DNA of 53,529 nt, taken from Chiloscyllium plagiosum. Lineage: Eukaryota. Below, piece after piece: positions 13,581-26,829 of the stretch (position 1 is its first letter; the number at the start of each line of letters is the position of its first letter). The position numbers and the translations under genes were made by a program. The DNA is taken from contig NC_057718.1 in NCBI RefSeq assembly GCF_004010195.1, positions 29,078,466-29,131,994 of the forward strand, written 5' to 3'. The notes beneath the pieces were generated by a model. That model did not search any database, was not told where the DNA came from, and worked only from the letters and a program-made list of their open reading frames with translations.

Positions 13581-13824
13581 GATTCTGGATTAGTGGTGCT
13601 GGAAGAACACAGCAGTTCAGGCAGCATCTGAGGAGGAGTAAAATCGACGTTTCGGGCAAAAACCCTTTATCAGGAATCCTGATGAAGGGCTTTTGTCTGA
13701 AACGTCGACTTTACTGCTCCTCGGATGCTGCCTGAACTGCTGTGCTCTTCCAGCACCACTAATCCAGAATCTGGTTTCCAGCATCTGCAGTCATTGGATT
13801 TATCAGGGTGGGTAAAAACAATGA
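13581..13824. mobile_element. Fold-back Penelope-like insertion (family A) with hammerhead motifs
   Basis: Arms 13581-~13675 and ~13678-13771; CTGATGA-A-GGGC-TTTT-GTCT-GAAA-CGTC at ~13679-13706. Confidence 0.85.
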
Positions 13825-14219
13825 AACCAGTGGAACACTACATGCAAACGTGGTGCTTGAAGGATCAGGTAATTGAGCTGTAGGTGGTTAGTTGTGCTCT
13901 CTCCAACATCATGACTCGGAGTGACTTCTTATTGGAATATATAAAGGCAATATGTTCAGCACATTTCTGATTGAATCTTTTCTGTTTTGATCCATTACAA
14001 GCTAGATATTTCCATCAGTCATCACTGAGCTCTTCGGTGATGATTTAAAGATATTGCCAAAACATTTCCATTGTCCTCTGAGACTCTGTATGACTGAGTT
14101 TCAAGTAGTGTACTGACATGCCTTGTCCAGTGGAACTGACTTTGAGTAATTAGCGACCTGATGCTAAGAACTTGGGCTCAGAAGACGATCCTAATTTTAT
14201 TTTCGTTGATTCATTTTGT

Positions 14220-15190
14220 GGGAGGTGTCAAGCTTCTTGGGTGTTGTTGGGGCTGCACTCATCCAGGCAAGTGGGGGAGTATTCCATCACACTCCTGACT
14301 TATGCCTTGTAGATAGTGCACACGCTTTGGAAGTCAGGTGTGTTACTCGCTGCGGTATTCCTAGCCTCTGATGTGCTCCTGTAGCCATTATGTTTATGTG
14401 AAGAGTCCAGTCGAGTTCCTGGTCAATGACAACCACCCAGGATGTTGAGAGTGGGGATTCAGTGATGGTAACACTATTGAATGTCAAAGGGCGGTAGCTA
14501 GCTTATGCCTTATTCGTGATGGTCATAACCTGGCAGTTGTGTGGCACGAATGTAACTTGCCACGTGTCAACCCAAGCCTGGATATTGTCCAAACCTTGCT
14601 GCATTTGGACATGGTCTGCTTCAGTATCTGAGGAGTCGCGAATGGCGCTGAACCTTGTGCAATCATTGGCAAACATGCCCAGTTCTGATCTTATGATGGA
14701 GGGAAGGTCATTGATGAAGCAGCTGAAGATAATTCTGCCTAGGACACTACCATTAAGAACTCCCGCAAAGATGTCCTGGAGCTAGGATACTTGATCTCAA
14801 ATGGCGAAGACCATCTTCCTGTGTATCAGGTATGCTTCCATTCAGCGGAGGGTTTGTTCCTGGATTCCCATCGATTCCAGTTTTGTCAGGACTCCTTGAT
14901 GCTACAATCAGTTAAACGCACCCTTGATGTCAAGGGCTATCACTCTCACCTCCCCTCTAGAATTCAGCTCTTTTGTCCATGTTGGAACCAAGGCTATAAT
15001 GAAATCAGGAGCTGAGTGGCCCTGGGAGGACCCAAACTGGGTGTCACTGCGCAGATTATTGCTGAGCAGGTACTGCTTAATACCCATGGTTGATGACACA
15101 TTCCATCACTTAACTGATGATCAAGCGTAAGCTGATGGGGTGATAATTTTCTGGGTTGGATTTGTTCTTTTTCTTTACACACAAGACATA
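14220..15190 (-). mobile_element. Decayed L2/CR1-group LINE RT fragment
   Basis: Minus-strand translation SDTQFG...SAPDFIIALV..WTKELNSRGEVRVIALDIKGAFN; related copies at 21.7-24.7 kb and 50.8-51.9 kb. Confidence 0.75.
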
Positions 15191-15282
15191 CTAATGATGG
15201 CATTGGATAGGTTTCCTTTGTACAATGGATAGTACTTCTTTAGAGTTTTGAGGAACTTGCTATAGTTGTCAGTCTCCAAAGC

Positions 15283-16400
15283 ATAGAGTCATACAGCATG
15301 GAAACAGAGCCTTCAGTCCAACTAGTCCATGCCAACCATGTTCCCAAAGTAACTAGGCCCACTTTCCTGCATTTGGCCCATATCCCTCCAAAGCTTTCCT
15401 ATGAAAGTATTTATCTAAATGTCTTTTAAACGTTGTAACTGTACCTGTATCCATCACTTTCTCTGGTGGTTCATTCCACACATGAAGCATTCTCTGTGTA
15501 AAAACATTGCCGCTCATATCCTTTATAATTTTGTCCTCTCACGGAGTCATAGAGATGTTCATCATGGAAAGAGACCCTTTGGTCCAACTCGTCCATGCCA
15601 ACCAAATATTCTAAATTAACCTAGTCTCATTTGCCAGCACTTGGCCCATATTCCTCCAAACCCTTCCTATTCATATACCCATCCAGATGACTTTTAAATG
15701 TTGTAATTGTATCAGCCTCCACCGTTTCCTCTGGCAGCTCATTCCATACACGCACCACCCACTGCGTGAAAAAATTGCCCACAAGATCCCTTTTAAATTT
15801 TTCTCCTCTCACCTTAAACCTATACCCTCTGGTTTTGAATTCCCCCACCCAGGGGAAAAGACCTTGGCTACACCCTATCCATGCCCTTCATGATTTTATA
15901 AAACTCTATAACATCACCTCTCAGCCTCTGATGTTCAGGTAAAATAGCTGCAGCCTATTCAGCCTCTCCCTATTGCTCAAACTCCCAACCCTGGCAACAT
16001 CCTTGTAAATCTTTTCTGAACCCTTTCAATTTTCACAACATCCTTCCCATACTGCAGAGACCAGAACTGCATGCAGTACTCCAAATGTTGCCGAACCCAT
16101 GTCCTGAACAGCCACAGCATGATCTCCCAACTCCTTTACTCAATGCACTAATAAAGGTAAGCATACCAAATGCCTTCTTCACTATCCTATCTACCTATGA
16201 CTCCACTTTCAAAGAACTATGAACTTGTTCAAGAACGTTGTTCAGGACCTTACCATTAGTATGTAAGCCCTGCTCGGTTTTGCCTCTCACCTTAAAAATA
16301 CGCCCCCTTGTTTTGAACTCACCACCCTTGAGAAAAGATGCTTGCTATTTATTTTGTCTACACCACTCATGGTTTTATAAACTTGTTTAAGGTCACCCCC
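15283..16400 (-). mobile_element. CR1 3' end (~15544-16285) nested in another CR1 3' end
   Basis: KTRGYRFKVRGEKFKRDLVGNFFTQWVVRVWNELP; cctctcac occurs on both sides of the inner copy. Confidence 0.85.
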
Positions 16401-17229
16401 CCTGAACTCAACACAGGAATCACTGGTAAATCATGTCCCTAATCTCGGCTTCATGATCCTCATCCTCAAATACTCTCTTCATCATTTGGCTAGAGGCGGA
16501 GCTGGCACACTGAAGTCAATGATGAATCTTGGTGTAGTTTTCCACCTTCATTGACTGAAGGCACCCAAGACGTGGAAAATTATTCACATTTTCCAGGACT
16601 ATGCTATTGATTTTAACGGAGAGAAAGGGCTGTGTTGCATGAGATGGATTTTAAGCTCACCCATATAAAATGGATTCTTAGATGAGCTGTTTGTACACAT
16701 TTGCCCACCAAATCCATTAAGTAGCTCAACAACAATTATAATAAAAGACGCAGTGTTGTACTTTTGGATAAAATGAACCTCAAGCTGACTACAACATCCA
16801 GCTCTGATTTGGATTTTCCCCTCATATTTCCTGTGACAAAGCTGTCCATGAACTATGTTTTCAGTCTATGATTCATATGTTGCAGATGTCAAAAGCTTGA
16901 AACCATCCCCTGCCACCACAAAATAATATCCTGCCAGCCAAACTAATGAGGACTCAGCCTGCCAGCTGCCAAGTGATTTTAAACACCTCCATACTGACAA
17001 CTGCTTTAATAACCACATTAACAATTTACCATTTACCTCATTGTACAACTGAATTTTAAATTTATATAAAACATACTTTCCTGTTTTTTTCTAAAGAAAA
17101 CATATGTCAATTTCAATTCATTGCAAAAACAAAACTTCAGTCTGTTATCTTCCTGCCCATAGGTAACGTGGTTGTTTGGTCCATTATTAATTATGCTGTT
17201 ATAAAACAAAAATACTGCAGAAGCTGTAA

Positions 17230-17735
17230 TCATAAAACTCCAATAGTGCTGAAAGAGGCCATTTGGCCAATCGAGTGCACACCAACCCTCCAAACAGCAT
17301 CCCACGCAGACCCAGCCCCCACCCTATTCCTGTAACCCCACATTTAGAACATATAGAACATAGAACATAACAGCGCAGTACAGGCCCTTCGGCTCTCAAT
17401 GTTGCGCCGCCCTGTCATACTAATCTGAAGCCCATCCCACCTACACTATTCCATGTACGTCCATATGTCTGTCCAATGACGACTTAAATGCACTTAAACT
17501 TGGCGAATCTACTACCGTTGCAGGCAAAGCATTCCACACCCTTACTACTCTCTGAGCATGGCCAATCCACCTAACCTGCACATCTTGGACTGTGAGAGGA
17601 AACCGAGCACCCAACAGAAACCTATACAGACACTGGGAGAATGTGCAAACTCCACACAAACAGTCACCCAAGGCTGGAATCAAACCCAGGTTGCTGGAGC
17701 AGTGAGACAGCGCTGCTAACCACTGAACCACCCCT
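17230..17735 (-). mobile_element. HE1-like SINE interrupted by a CR1 3' tail (~17346-17555)
   Basis: SINE head near 17735; insert encodes QRVVRVWNALP and ends in tgttcta-type repeats, same subfamily as 51505-51806. Confidence 0.8.
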
Positions 17736-18374
17736 TGTATTTACAAATGCATAAATAAAATCAGAAAATGCCAAAAAACCTAGCAAGTTTGGTCGTATCC
17801 ATGGAGATAGTAACAGAGTTAAAGTTTCAGTTTGATGTCTGCTCATCGTCTGATTAACTATTTGTCTTTCCACAGATATTGCCAAACCAGCTGCATATTT
17901 CCAGCACTTTCTGTTCTTAATTATGCTGGGGTTGCTTTAAACATTAAAAATAACTGAACTCCCTGCAAACCTATATAACAATTCCACTGAAAAAGTTTTA
18001 AGCAGCAGTGGAATAAAAACAGAGATTGTTAACGTACTGGCCAATGACATTTGAGAGAAACAAACAGGTTAATGCCTCCATGTGATCCTACACTAATGTA
18101 CAGTTCCACAGTTCTGATGAACAGTCAACCTGTTAAAATTCAGGGAGGGTGATACAGTGGCTAAAGACCTTTAAAACCTTTCACTCTCAAATTCTCAAAT
18201 GTCGTAATCTTAATGGTGACAATGGTTAGATTTTATTCATTATAGCAATTATTTAATGCATGTTAATGTTAGAACAGTAATATCAAAATCAAAAGCATTA
18301 CTTTTATATTTGTTCGAAAAACAATGTCCTTTTGACAACCCTAAATCCCTGCTCCAAGCTCTGGTAGTTTTTAT

Positions 18375-18725
18375 TCATTTACAGGATGTGGGTGTCACTG
18401 GCTAGGCCAGCATTTATTGCCCATTCCTAATTGCCCAGAGGGCAGTTCAGAGTCAATCACATTGCTATAGGTCTGGAGTCACATGGAGGCTAGACCAGGT
18501 GAGGATGGCAGATTTCCTTCCCTGAAAGACAATTGCAGGCCGGATGGGTTTTTCCAAAAATTGACAATGGTTTAAAGGTCATGAGTAGCTTCTTAATTCA
18601 AGATCTTATTTAATTGAATTCAAATTCCACCATCTGCTGAGATGGGATTTGAAGCCACGGCCTCAGACAATCGGCTGAGTTTCTGAATTAATAGTCCAGT
18701 CATAATTCACTATGCCATCGCCACT
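18375..18725 (-). mobile_element. Deu-domain-type SINE
   Basis: ggctaggccagcatttattgcccattcctaattgccc...gagtcacat; tRNA-like head near 18725. Confidence 0.65.
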
Positions 18726-18899
18726 CCCCAATGCAACATGTGCACTCCAGTCCTTCCACTAACCCATTGTCTGAGATAGACTGTCTACGAAATTCTTCCA
18801 AACCACTGGTCACTTGCCTCCACACTGCAAGTGTTTAGAATCCCCATACAACATAACCAACTCAGCGAGGCTGATTGAACCCGATCATTGCCATGCTAT

Positions 18900-19521
18900 G
18901 TAAAAACAATGACTGCAGATGCTGGAAATCAGATTCTGGATTAGTGGTGCTGGAAAAGCACAGCAGCATCCGAGCAGCAGTAAAATCGACATTTCGGGCA
19001 AAAGCCCTTCGTCAGGAATACAGGCAGAGTGCCTGAAGGGTGGAGAGATAAGTGAGAGGAGGGTGGGGGTGGGGAGAAAGTAGCATAGAGCACAATAGGT
19101 GAGTGGGGGTAGGGNNNNNNNNNNNNNNNNNNNNNNNNNNNNNNNNNNNNNNNNNNNNNNNNNNNNNNNNNNAAGGGTGGAGAGATAAGTGAGAGGAGGG
19201 TGGGGGTGGGGAGAAAGTAGCATGGAGTACAATAGGTGAGTGGAGGAGGGGATAAAGGTGATAGGTCAGGGAGGAGGGTGGGGAAATGTAGCAAAGAGTA
19301 CAATGGGTGGATGGGGTGGGATGAAGGTGATAGGTCAGTGAGGAGGGTGGAGTGGATAGGTGGAAAAGAAGATAGGCAGGTAGGACAAGTCATGGGGACA
19401 GTGCTGAGCTGGAAGTTTGGAACTAGGGTGAGGTGGGGGAAGGGGAATTGAGGAAACTGTTGAAGCCTGTATTCCTGATGAAGGGCTTTTGCCCGAAATG
19501 TCGATTTTACTGCTCCTCGGA
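18900..19521. mobile_element. Penelope-like insertion with short inverted terminal copy; contains assembly gap
   Basis: Minus-strand terminus 18900-19025, purine-rich body, N-run at ~19114-19172, inverted hammerhead-bearing segment 19465-19521; flanks cattgcc[a/t]tgcta at 18886 and 19522. Confidence 0.8.
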
Positions 19522-19973
19522 CATTGCCTTGCTAGGGCTTGTGCTGCCCAATTGCAAGCAAAGTCATGTAGCCATCTGCCTAGCCAGACAGGGTCAGTGT
19601 CTCCTGCTCCCTGACATTATCGGTTTCTCCATTCTCTCAGATCTTGATTAGCACGGTGACATTTCAATCTTGTATAACCAGAGTCAACCAAGGTCACTGA
19701 TAATGAGAGGGGCTGTTATATGAACAACACTTGATGTGAGTTAGCAGAGTGCAAATCAGATTAAGGTTATAGGGGTGAAAACTTGAGGATTGGATTTAAT
19801 TGTTCAAATACAAAGCTAACAAAGTCATCAATAAGAGTCAACAGTAGATGGACAGCATATGACATTATGGAGGTTAAAGTAGGTAATAAGACTATAAGGT
19901 ATGGAAGCAGAATTAGGCCATTTGGCCCATCAAGTCTGCTCCATCATTTGATCATGGTTGATATGTTTCTCAA

Positions 19974-20152
19974 GGAGAAAGTGAGGTCTGCAGATGCTGG
20001 AGATCAAAGTTGAAACTTTATTGCTGGAACAGCACAGCAGGTCAGGCAGCATCCAGGGAACAGGAGATTCGACGTTTCGGGCACAGGCCCTTCTTCCTGA
20101 AGGGCCTGCCTGACCTGCTGTGCTGTTCCAGCAATAAAGTTTCAACTTTGAT
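19974..20152. mobile_element. Fold-back Penelope-like insertion with 16-bp target-site duplication
   Basis: ttgatatgtttctcaa at 19958-19973 and 20148-20163; asymmetric inverted arms. Confidence 0.85.
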
Positions 20153-22013
20153 ATGTTTCTCAACCCCATTTTCCTGTCTTCTCCCTGTGACCCTTGATCC
20201 CCTCACTAATCAAGAAGCTGTCTCTGTTGGTGACAAAGCAGATGTGATAAAAATTCTTCTCTGGGTCATACCCAAGGTTGTAAATGGTTTTGGCTCAGCT
20301 TCAGACAATGGCTAGGGAATGAGATAAGTCAATGGCTACGGAGCTGAAAAATTGGAAACATATAATACCAGTAACTTCCAGTCACAATGTTGCATTGATA
20401 TAGACAAACTTGCAACATTACAATGCTGATTATATATTGAAAAAATAATATGCAGAGCATAAACCTTAATTTATATTCAGTCTAGGGTCATTTTAACTTC
20501 TGGTGATGTAAAATGCATGAATTCAAATTATTCATCATTCATTCATTCACTCGTGATTTGCACCAGCACTGTTGATGCAAAATGGTTTCAGTTTCATGTC
20601 AGTGCTAATCCAGCAGGATGCAAATAAATCTGAAAACTGGAATCTCACTCCAGAGTGAACAGTGACCGGGTCCTCCTGAAGTCTTGGCACCCTGCTATCC
20701 CACACCATTGTATCCTTTTGTACTTCAACTGAAGGCTTCGTTTTGATAACATGTAAAACTCTTGATCTTGCACAGCTGAGAAGACCCACCTCCTTCCTTC
20801 CTCCCAGGTGGACATGTGTTCCTAATTCACTATTGAAAACAAAATTATTAAAATTGAAATTTAGGTTGGAGCGAACTCTAGCAAGTAAATTATGTAAAGG
20901 CAGAAGGATAAGGAGGCAGAGATCACTTGGCTGCCCAGAGATGTTCAAATTAATTAACAAGGAACTCACAGATAACAGATCAGCTAATTACTATTGTAAT
21001 AAAACACAGAGTAAACCATTGCTGTTTTTATTAAAGATCAATTACACCCATCATAAAGTTAAAATTATGTGACAAATTAAATATAGTCTCCTATTGTTGC
21101 TCTGCTGGAATCCCATTTTTCAACAGGTGCTTATTTTGACAGCTTAACAATTCCCTGTATTGTTATCGGGTAGAAACTACTCAATCATTACAACAGAAAC
21201 AGCTTCAACAGCAAAATGATGGACTTTATCCAACTAAACTTCGAAGCAAGAGCCATTCTGTGCAATGACGGATTGGCAGCAACTGAGTATAAGGTTTCCA
21301 TTGCCATTTGAAGAAAAGTCATAAATACACAAGTAAAGCCTTCCTGAAGGTAATTGCAGGATTGTTACAAACTGCAAGGAGGCCATCCAGCCCAGCATGT
21401 CTGTAATGTATTCCAAATGAAAAACACAGATACTGCTATTCCTCTTTCGCCCCTTAACCCTCCCTCCATAGAAAACAATCCAATCGCCTCTTGAATGTCT
21501 AATTTATTCCACCTCCATTACTACTCAAGCAACACATTCCAGATCTTATTCACTTCATTGCCTCTTTTGCCAATTATTTTAATTTTGTGTCCTTTAAAAA
21601 AACGTTCTGAGAATGTGGGTATCATTAACCAGACCAGTATTTATTGCGAATCTCTAAGTGTCCTTGAGTAGGTCGCAATGAGCTGCCTTCTTAAATGTTG
21701 TAGTTCATAGGGATGGTATACCCACAACATGATCAGAAAGGAATTTCCAAGAATTTGACCTAGTGACTGTTCCTTCGCTTGTCCGGAATGTGTGTAGCTT
21801 GGCGAGAAATCACAGGTGGTTGTGCTCTCCATCTGCTGCCTCTGTCCTTCAGTAGTGTTGACTGTGGGGTTCGAAGATGCTATCTAGGAGCTTTGGCGAG
21901 TTGCTGCAGTGGTAGATGGTACACACCGCTGCCACTACGCACCAGTGGTGGAGAAAGGAAATGTTGAAAGTGGTAGATGGGATGTCAATCACGCAAGTTG
22001 TTTTATCCTGATA

Positions 22014-22201
22014 GTAGGAGAAAGTGAGGACTGCAGATGCTGGAGACCAGAGTTGAAAAGTGTGGTGCTGGAAAAGCGCAGCAGGTCAGTCAGCATCTGA
22101 GAAGCAGGAAAATTGACGTTTCAGGCTGAAGCCTCATTTCTGAAGAAGGGCATATGCCCGAAACATCGATTTTCCTGCTCCTCGGATGCTGACTGACCTG
22201 T
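22014..22201. mobile_element. Fold-back Penelope-like terminus pair
   Basis: gcaggtcagtcagcatctgag...tttcagg versus cccgaaacatcg...ggatgctgactgacctg; CTGAAGA-A-GGGC-ATAT-GCCC-GAAA at ~22140-22163. Confidence 0.8.
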
Positions 22202-22299
22202 TCGCTATTATGTCTGTCTACCTATTCACTCTATCAATCTTAGATTTAACTTCAATCACCAAAGTACACTGAACTGTTTTATTTCTACTCAGCTATACC

Positions 22300-23012
22300 A
22301 GTAGTAGGCGGCCTGTCTCCCCAATATAGAGGAGGCCACATCGGGTGCAGAGGATGCAATAGATGATATGTGTGGAGGTGCAGGTGAATTTGTGACGGAT
22401 ATGGAAGGATCCCTTGGGGCCTTGGAGGGAAGTGAAGGGGGAAGTGTTGGCGCAAGTTTTGCATTTCTTGCGGTTGCAGTGGAAGGTCCGGGAGTGGAGG
22501 TTGGGTTGGTGGGGGGTGTGGACCTGATGAGGAAGTCACGGAGGGAGTGGTCTCTCCAGAATGCTGATAGGGGTGGGGAGGGAAATATATCCCTGGTGGC
22601 GGGGTCTGTTTGGAGGTGGCAGAAATGACGGAGGATAATACGATGTATCCAGAGGTTGGTGGGGTGGAAGGTGAGGACCAGTGGGGTTCTGTCCTGGTGG
22701 CGATTGGAGGGGCGGGGTTGAAGGGCAGAGGTGCGGGAAGTGGAGGAGATGCAGTAGAGAGCATCGTTGACCACGTCGGAGGGTTAATTGCGATCTTTGA
22801 AGAAGGAGGCCATCTGGGTTGTTCGGTATTGGAATTGGTCCTCCTGGGAGCAGATGCGGCGGAGGCGAAGGAATTGGGAATATGGGATGGCGTTTTTACA
22901 GGGGGCAGGGTGGGAGGAGATGTAATCTAGGTAGCTATGGGAGTCGGTCAGTTTGTAGTAAATGTCTGTGTTGAGTCGGTCGCCCGAAATAGAAACGGAG
23001 AGGTCTAGGAAG
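22300..23012 (-). mobile_element. Penelope-like ORF fragment (RT C-terminus/linker into GIY-YIG endonuclease)
   Basis: Minus strand: DRTPLVLTFHP...FPSPPLSAFWRDHSLRDFL, then after a frameshift FTCTSTHIIYCILCTRCGLLYIGETGR (IY...YIG motif); TDIYYK.TDSHSYLDY motif near 22930-22975. Confidence 0.88.
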
Positions 23013-23754
23013 GGCCAAACTTCTTGAGTGTTGGTGGAACTGTACTCATCCAGGAAAGTGGAGAGTATACCGTCACACTTCTGACTTGTGTCTTGTAGAT
23101 GGCGGATTGACTTTGGGAAGTGAAGTGGTTGAATTCCTAGCCTCTGATCTGCTCAGTGCATCTACGGTATTTATATGGCTAGTCCAGCTCAGTTTCTGGT
23201 AGTCCCCAGAATATTGATAAAGAGGATCAAAGATGGCAATGTCTTTGAATGTCAAGGGGAGATAGTCACTGCTTGACACTTCTGTCACACAAATGCAACT
23301 TGCTACTTATTAGCACAAGCCTGAATGTAGTCTAGGTCTTATTACATATGCTCATGGGCTGCTTCATAATGTTAGGATAATGAATGGTGTTGAACATTGT
23401 GCAATCAACAGCAAACATCCTAGTTCTGAGTTAATGATGAATGAAGATCAATGATGAAAAAGCTGAAGATAATTGGGCCTAAAGCATTTCCCTGAGGAGC
23501 TCCTGAATCATATTCTGGGATTGAGATGACTGATCTCCAATTACAACCATCTTCCTATTTGCGAGTTATGACAGTGGAGAGATTCCCCTGATTCACAATG
23601 CTTCAGTTTTGCCTGGGTCCTTGTTGCATACCCAGTTAAAAGCTGCCTCAATGTCAAACTTATTCTACATTTTGAGATCAGCTTTTCTGTTCACGTTTGA
23701 AGGAAAGCCGTAAGGACTAATTGAATTGTCCTGGTGGAACCCAGACTGAGCATC

Positions 23755-24105
23755 TGTGAGGTGGATAATGCTAAGGGCTATGAACACAACAATCCCACTG
23801 TCAGCTACTAAAGCCCCAATTAGCAGCTATTGTTTCCCTAGTCTGACCTTTACCCATTCCTCTGTTTGTTCAACTGCTGTTCTCACTCTCTGGGCTTCAT
23901 CTCCACTATGGTATACTCCTCCCTCCTCCCCCCACCCATCTTCAGCATATATACTAACCTTTTCTTGGCTTCAGAACTATTCTGAAGAAGGATCGCTAGA
24001 CCCAAAATGTTAGCTCAGCTTTTTCTCCACGGATACTGACGCATCTGTTAAGTTTCCTCGCAATTCCTGTTTTTGTTTCCAATTTCCAGCATCTACAGTT
24101 CTTTT
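23755..24105 (+). mobile_element. Penelope-like terminal fragment with degenerate hammerhead motif
   Basis: ttctgaagaaggatcgctagacccaaaatgtt at ~23980-24011 followed by a ...ttccagcatctacagttc tail. Confidence 0.65.
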
Positions 24106-26829
24106 TTAAAAATTAATGAGGAAATGTTCCTTGGTAATACTGTTGATTACCCTTTCCATCACTCTGCAGATGATCAAGAGTAGATTAATGGCTTGGTTAT
24201 GAGCTATGTCTTTTTTTACGACAGGACATACCTGGGTAATCTTCTACAATGAGAGTGAAAGGCAGTGTTGCAGCTGAAACATCTTGTTAAAATGTGCAAC
24301 CAGTTGTGGAGCAAAGGCTTTCAATACTACTGTTGTCAGGGCCCATAATCGTTGCTGTAGCCAGTGTCATCAGCATCTCTTGATATTATGTTGTGTGAAT
24401 CGAGTTTGCTGAAGACTGCATCTGTGATATTGGGGATGTCAGGAAAAGGCAGAGATGGATCATCCATTCTGAGATATATTAGCACCCTGACTGAGTACTT
24501 CTGGTTGAAGATTCTTGCTTGTACTTCAGCCTTGTCTTTGCATTGTTGTGTTGGGCTCCGAGATTATTAAGAATTGGGGTTATTTGTGGACCTTCCTCCT
24601 CATGTTAGTTGTGTGATTCTCTACCACCATTCACAGCAGTATGCGGCAGTACTGTAAAGCTTAGATCTGATTCATTGACTGTAGGATTGCTTAGCTCTGT
24701 TTATAGCCTGCTGCTTTGCCAGCTGCTGTGATGGGATTTGAATCCATATTCCCGGAACAATAGCCTGATCCACTGCGTTAGTAGTCCAATTACATCATTG
24801 CTGTCCCCACATTGTTCCCCTCTTGTTCTCAATCCTTCGACAATGGAAATAGTTTCTTCCTACTGTTTATTGACCACCTCAACATTATGTTGAAAACTTC
24901 TATCAAATAGTGCTTTTTGAAGATGAAAATACATAGGGATACCTCAATGGATTTATGGGTCAGACAGAAATCCATATGACTGATGACTAATCAAATAAAA
25001 CATGGAGAGCTGCCCTATTCATAGCAATAGAAGCAATGCAATGTAACCTGAGCAAAATATACCTCTACAAAAGCCCTACACCATCAGATAACAGTTTCAA
25101 TCAAACATACACAATAATACTGCTAAGACATTTAGGATACTAAAACAGATGCTGTCACCAATCAGTAAGGGTGCTAATATACCTCAGATGGTAATACTTA
25201 AACAGTACACTTCACAACACTGTCATGAACAGATGGCAACCACATATTGAATGATGCACCATGAAGCTGAGAAAGATATAACTACATCTACTGATACTGA
25301 AGAACCATTCCTGGAGAAAAATGAAAATTACAACATTTATTCGTATAGCATGCATGGGTTTCCTTCAAGTGCTCTGGTTTCCTCCCACAGTCCAAAGATG
25401 TGCAGGTTAGGTGGATTAACCACAGGAAATGCAGGTTTATAGGAATAGACATCACCTCTTCCAATCACAATCTACAATTCACAATATCTACTGAGAACTT
25501 GGACTGTGGAATCCAAAGCACGAATTCCAAATTTATGGATGACTCCAAAGTGGGGAAGATAGTCAGCTCAGAGGACGACTATAAACAAATTACAAGAGGA
25601 TATTAACAAACTACAGAATGGGCAATTAATGGCAAATATCTGTATTGGTGTGGGTGTAGATACGAGAGCACCGGATACTTTATTGGAATGCCAACTGTTT
25701 CTTCACAAAAAGTTTCTGTAATATAAAGCTGATTATATTATGCATTGCAATCGTGCAAGCTGCAATTCAACTGTTGAAAACAGCACTGCATGTCAGACAC
25801 ACCTAATTAGTTGGAGAATTAAAAGAGTATTGCAGCTATCCATTACAAACTGAAACTACAATCTGCATAAAACACTTGTTTAAAATAGGAAACTCCTACC
25901 AGCCCAAGCTGTACTCCCACTATCCCACAAACAAATATTTAAATTGAATTGGACATAATTATAACCCAGATTCATTGAACCCTCAGACATAAAAACCAAA
26001 AATGCTGGAAATGCTCAATAAGTTTGGCAGCAGAGAGAAAGAAACAGAATTAAGAGTCTGGAATTTCCAGAGGGTGTTGGGACCCAATTCTGGCCTTTAT
26101 CCTACATGTCATTAACATGCCAATGTTCCAGGAAATGCCTTTCTGTCTGGTTGCCCTTGTGCTCACCACATTAAAAAGGTCCGTAGAAAGACCCTCACGA
26201 GTGCTGCAGGTCCAACCAGAGGACATAGAGCAATAGTTTCCCCAAAGAAAAAAAGGTGGGAGATGCTGAGCCAGGCAAAATCAACATAGCGGTTCACTCA
26301 GCACCAATATTAAAGAAATAAATTAAAGAAACCAGAAAACAACAGGGCCATCAGGTTTTGACGTGTAAACCACCTACAGATCCATTCACGCACAGAGCTA
26401 CTGCAGCCTTCCGGCCCCATGTTTCTATTATTGCCAGGAGAGACATTGGTTCCTTAGCCTTCCGTGGAAGTCCAGCTTGAGCTCACAGCCTCTGCAGGCA
26501 GTAAGGGATTGCACTGATGTTGCTAAAATACTGGTATCAGCATCAAATAGCCTCTATGTAGAGTCTAATTAGAATAATTGGCTGCATAACTCCAGTAGCC
26601 TTACAACACAATTCCAGGACAGCCTGGGGAAGTCCCTCAGAGCTGGGAAGATGGCAGGCAGCCTCCTGATATGGCTTTTGCCTATTTTCCCAGCCTATCT
26701 CCAAGGGCAGTCTCCACAGCACTGGAAAAAAATTCAGTCCAAGTTTCAGGCCAATTGCCATTCTGACCTAAGGTCACTTTTCTCCATAGATGCTGCCAGA
26801 CCTGCTAGGCATATCCAACAGTTACTGTT

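Larger units (their letters stand above)
21600..24720 (-). mobile_element. Decayed L2/CR1-group LINE carrying nested Penelope insertions
   Basis: Colinear with 14220-15190 (e.g. ttcttgagtgttggtggaactgtactcatccagg); interrupted at ~22014-23015 and ~23755-24105. Confidence 0.65.

Noticed and set aside
19034..19225. Tandem duplication around the N-run
   Set aside because: The duplicated text flanks an assembly gap and may be an unmerged overlap.
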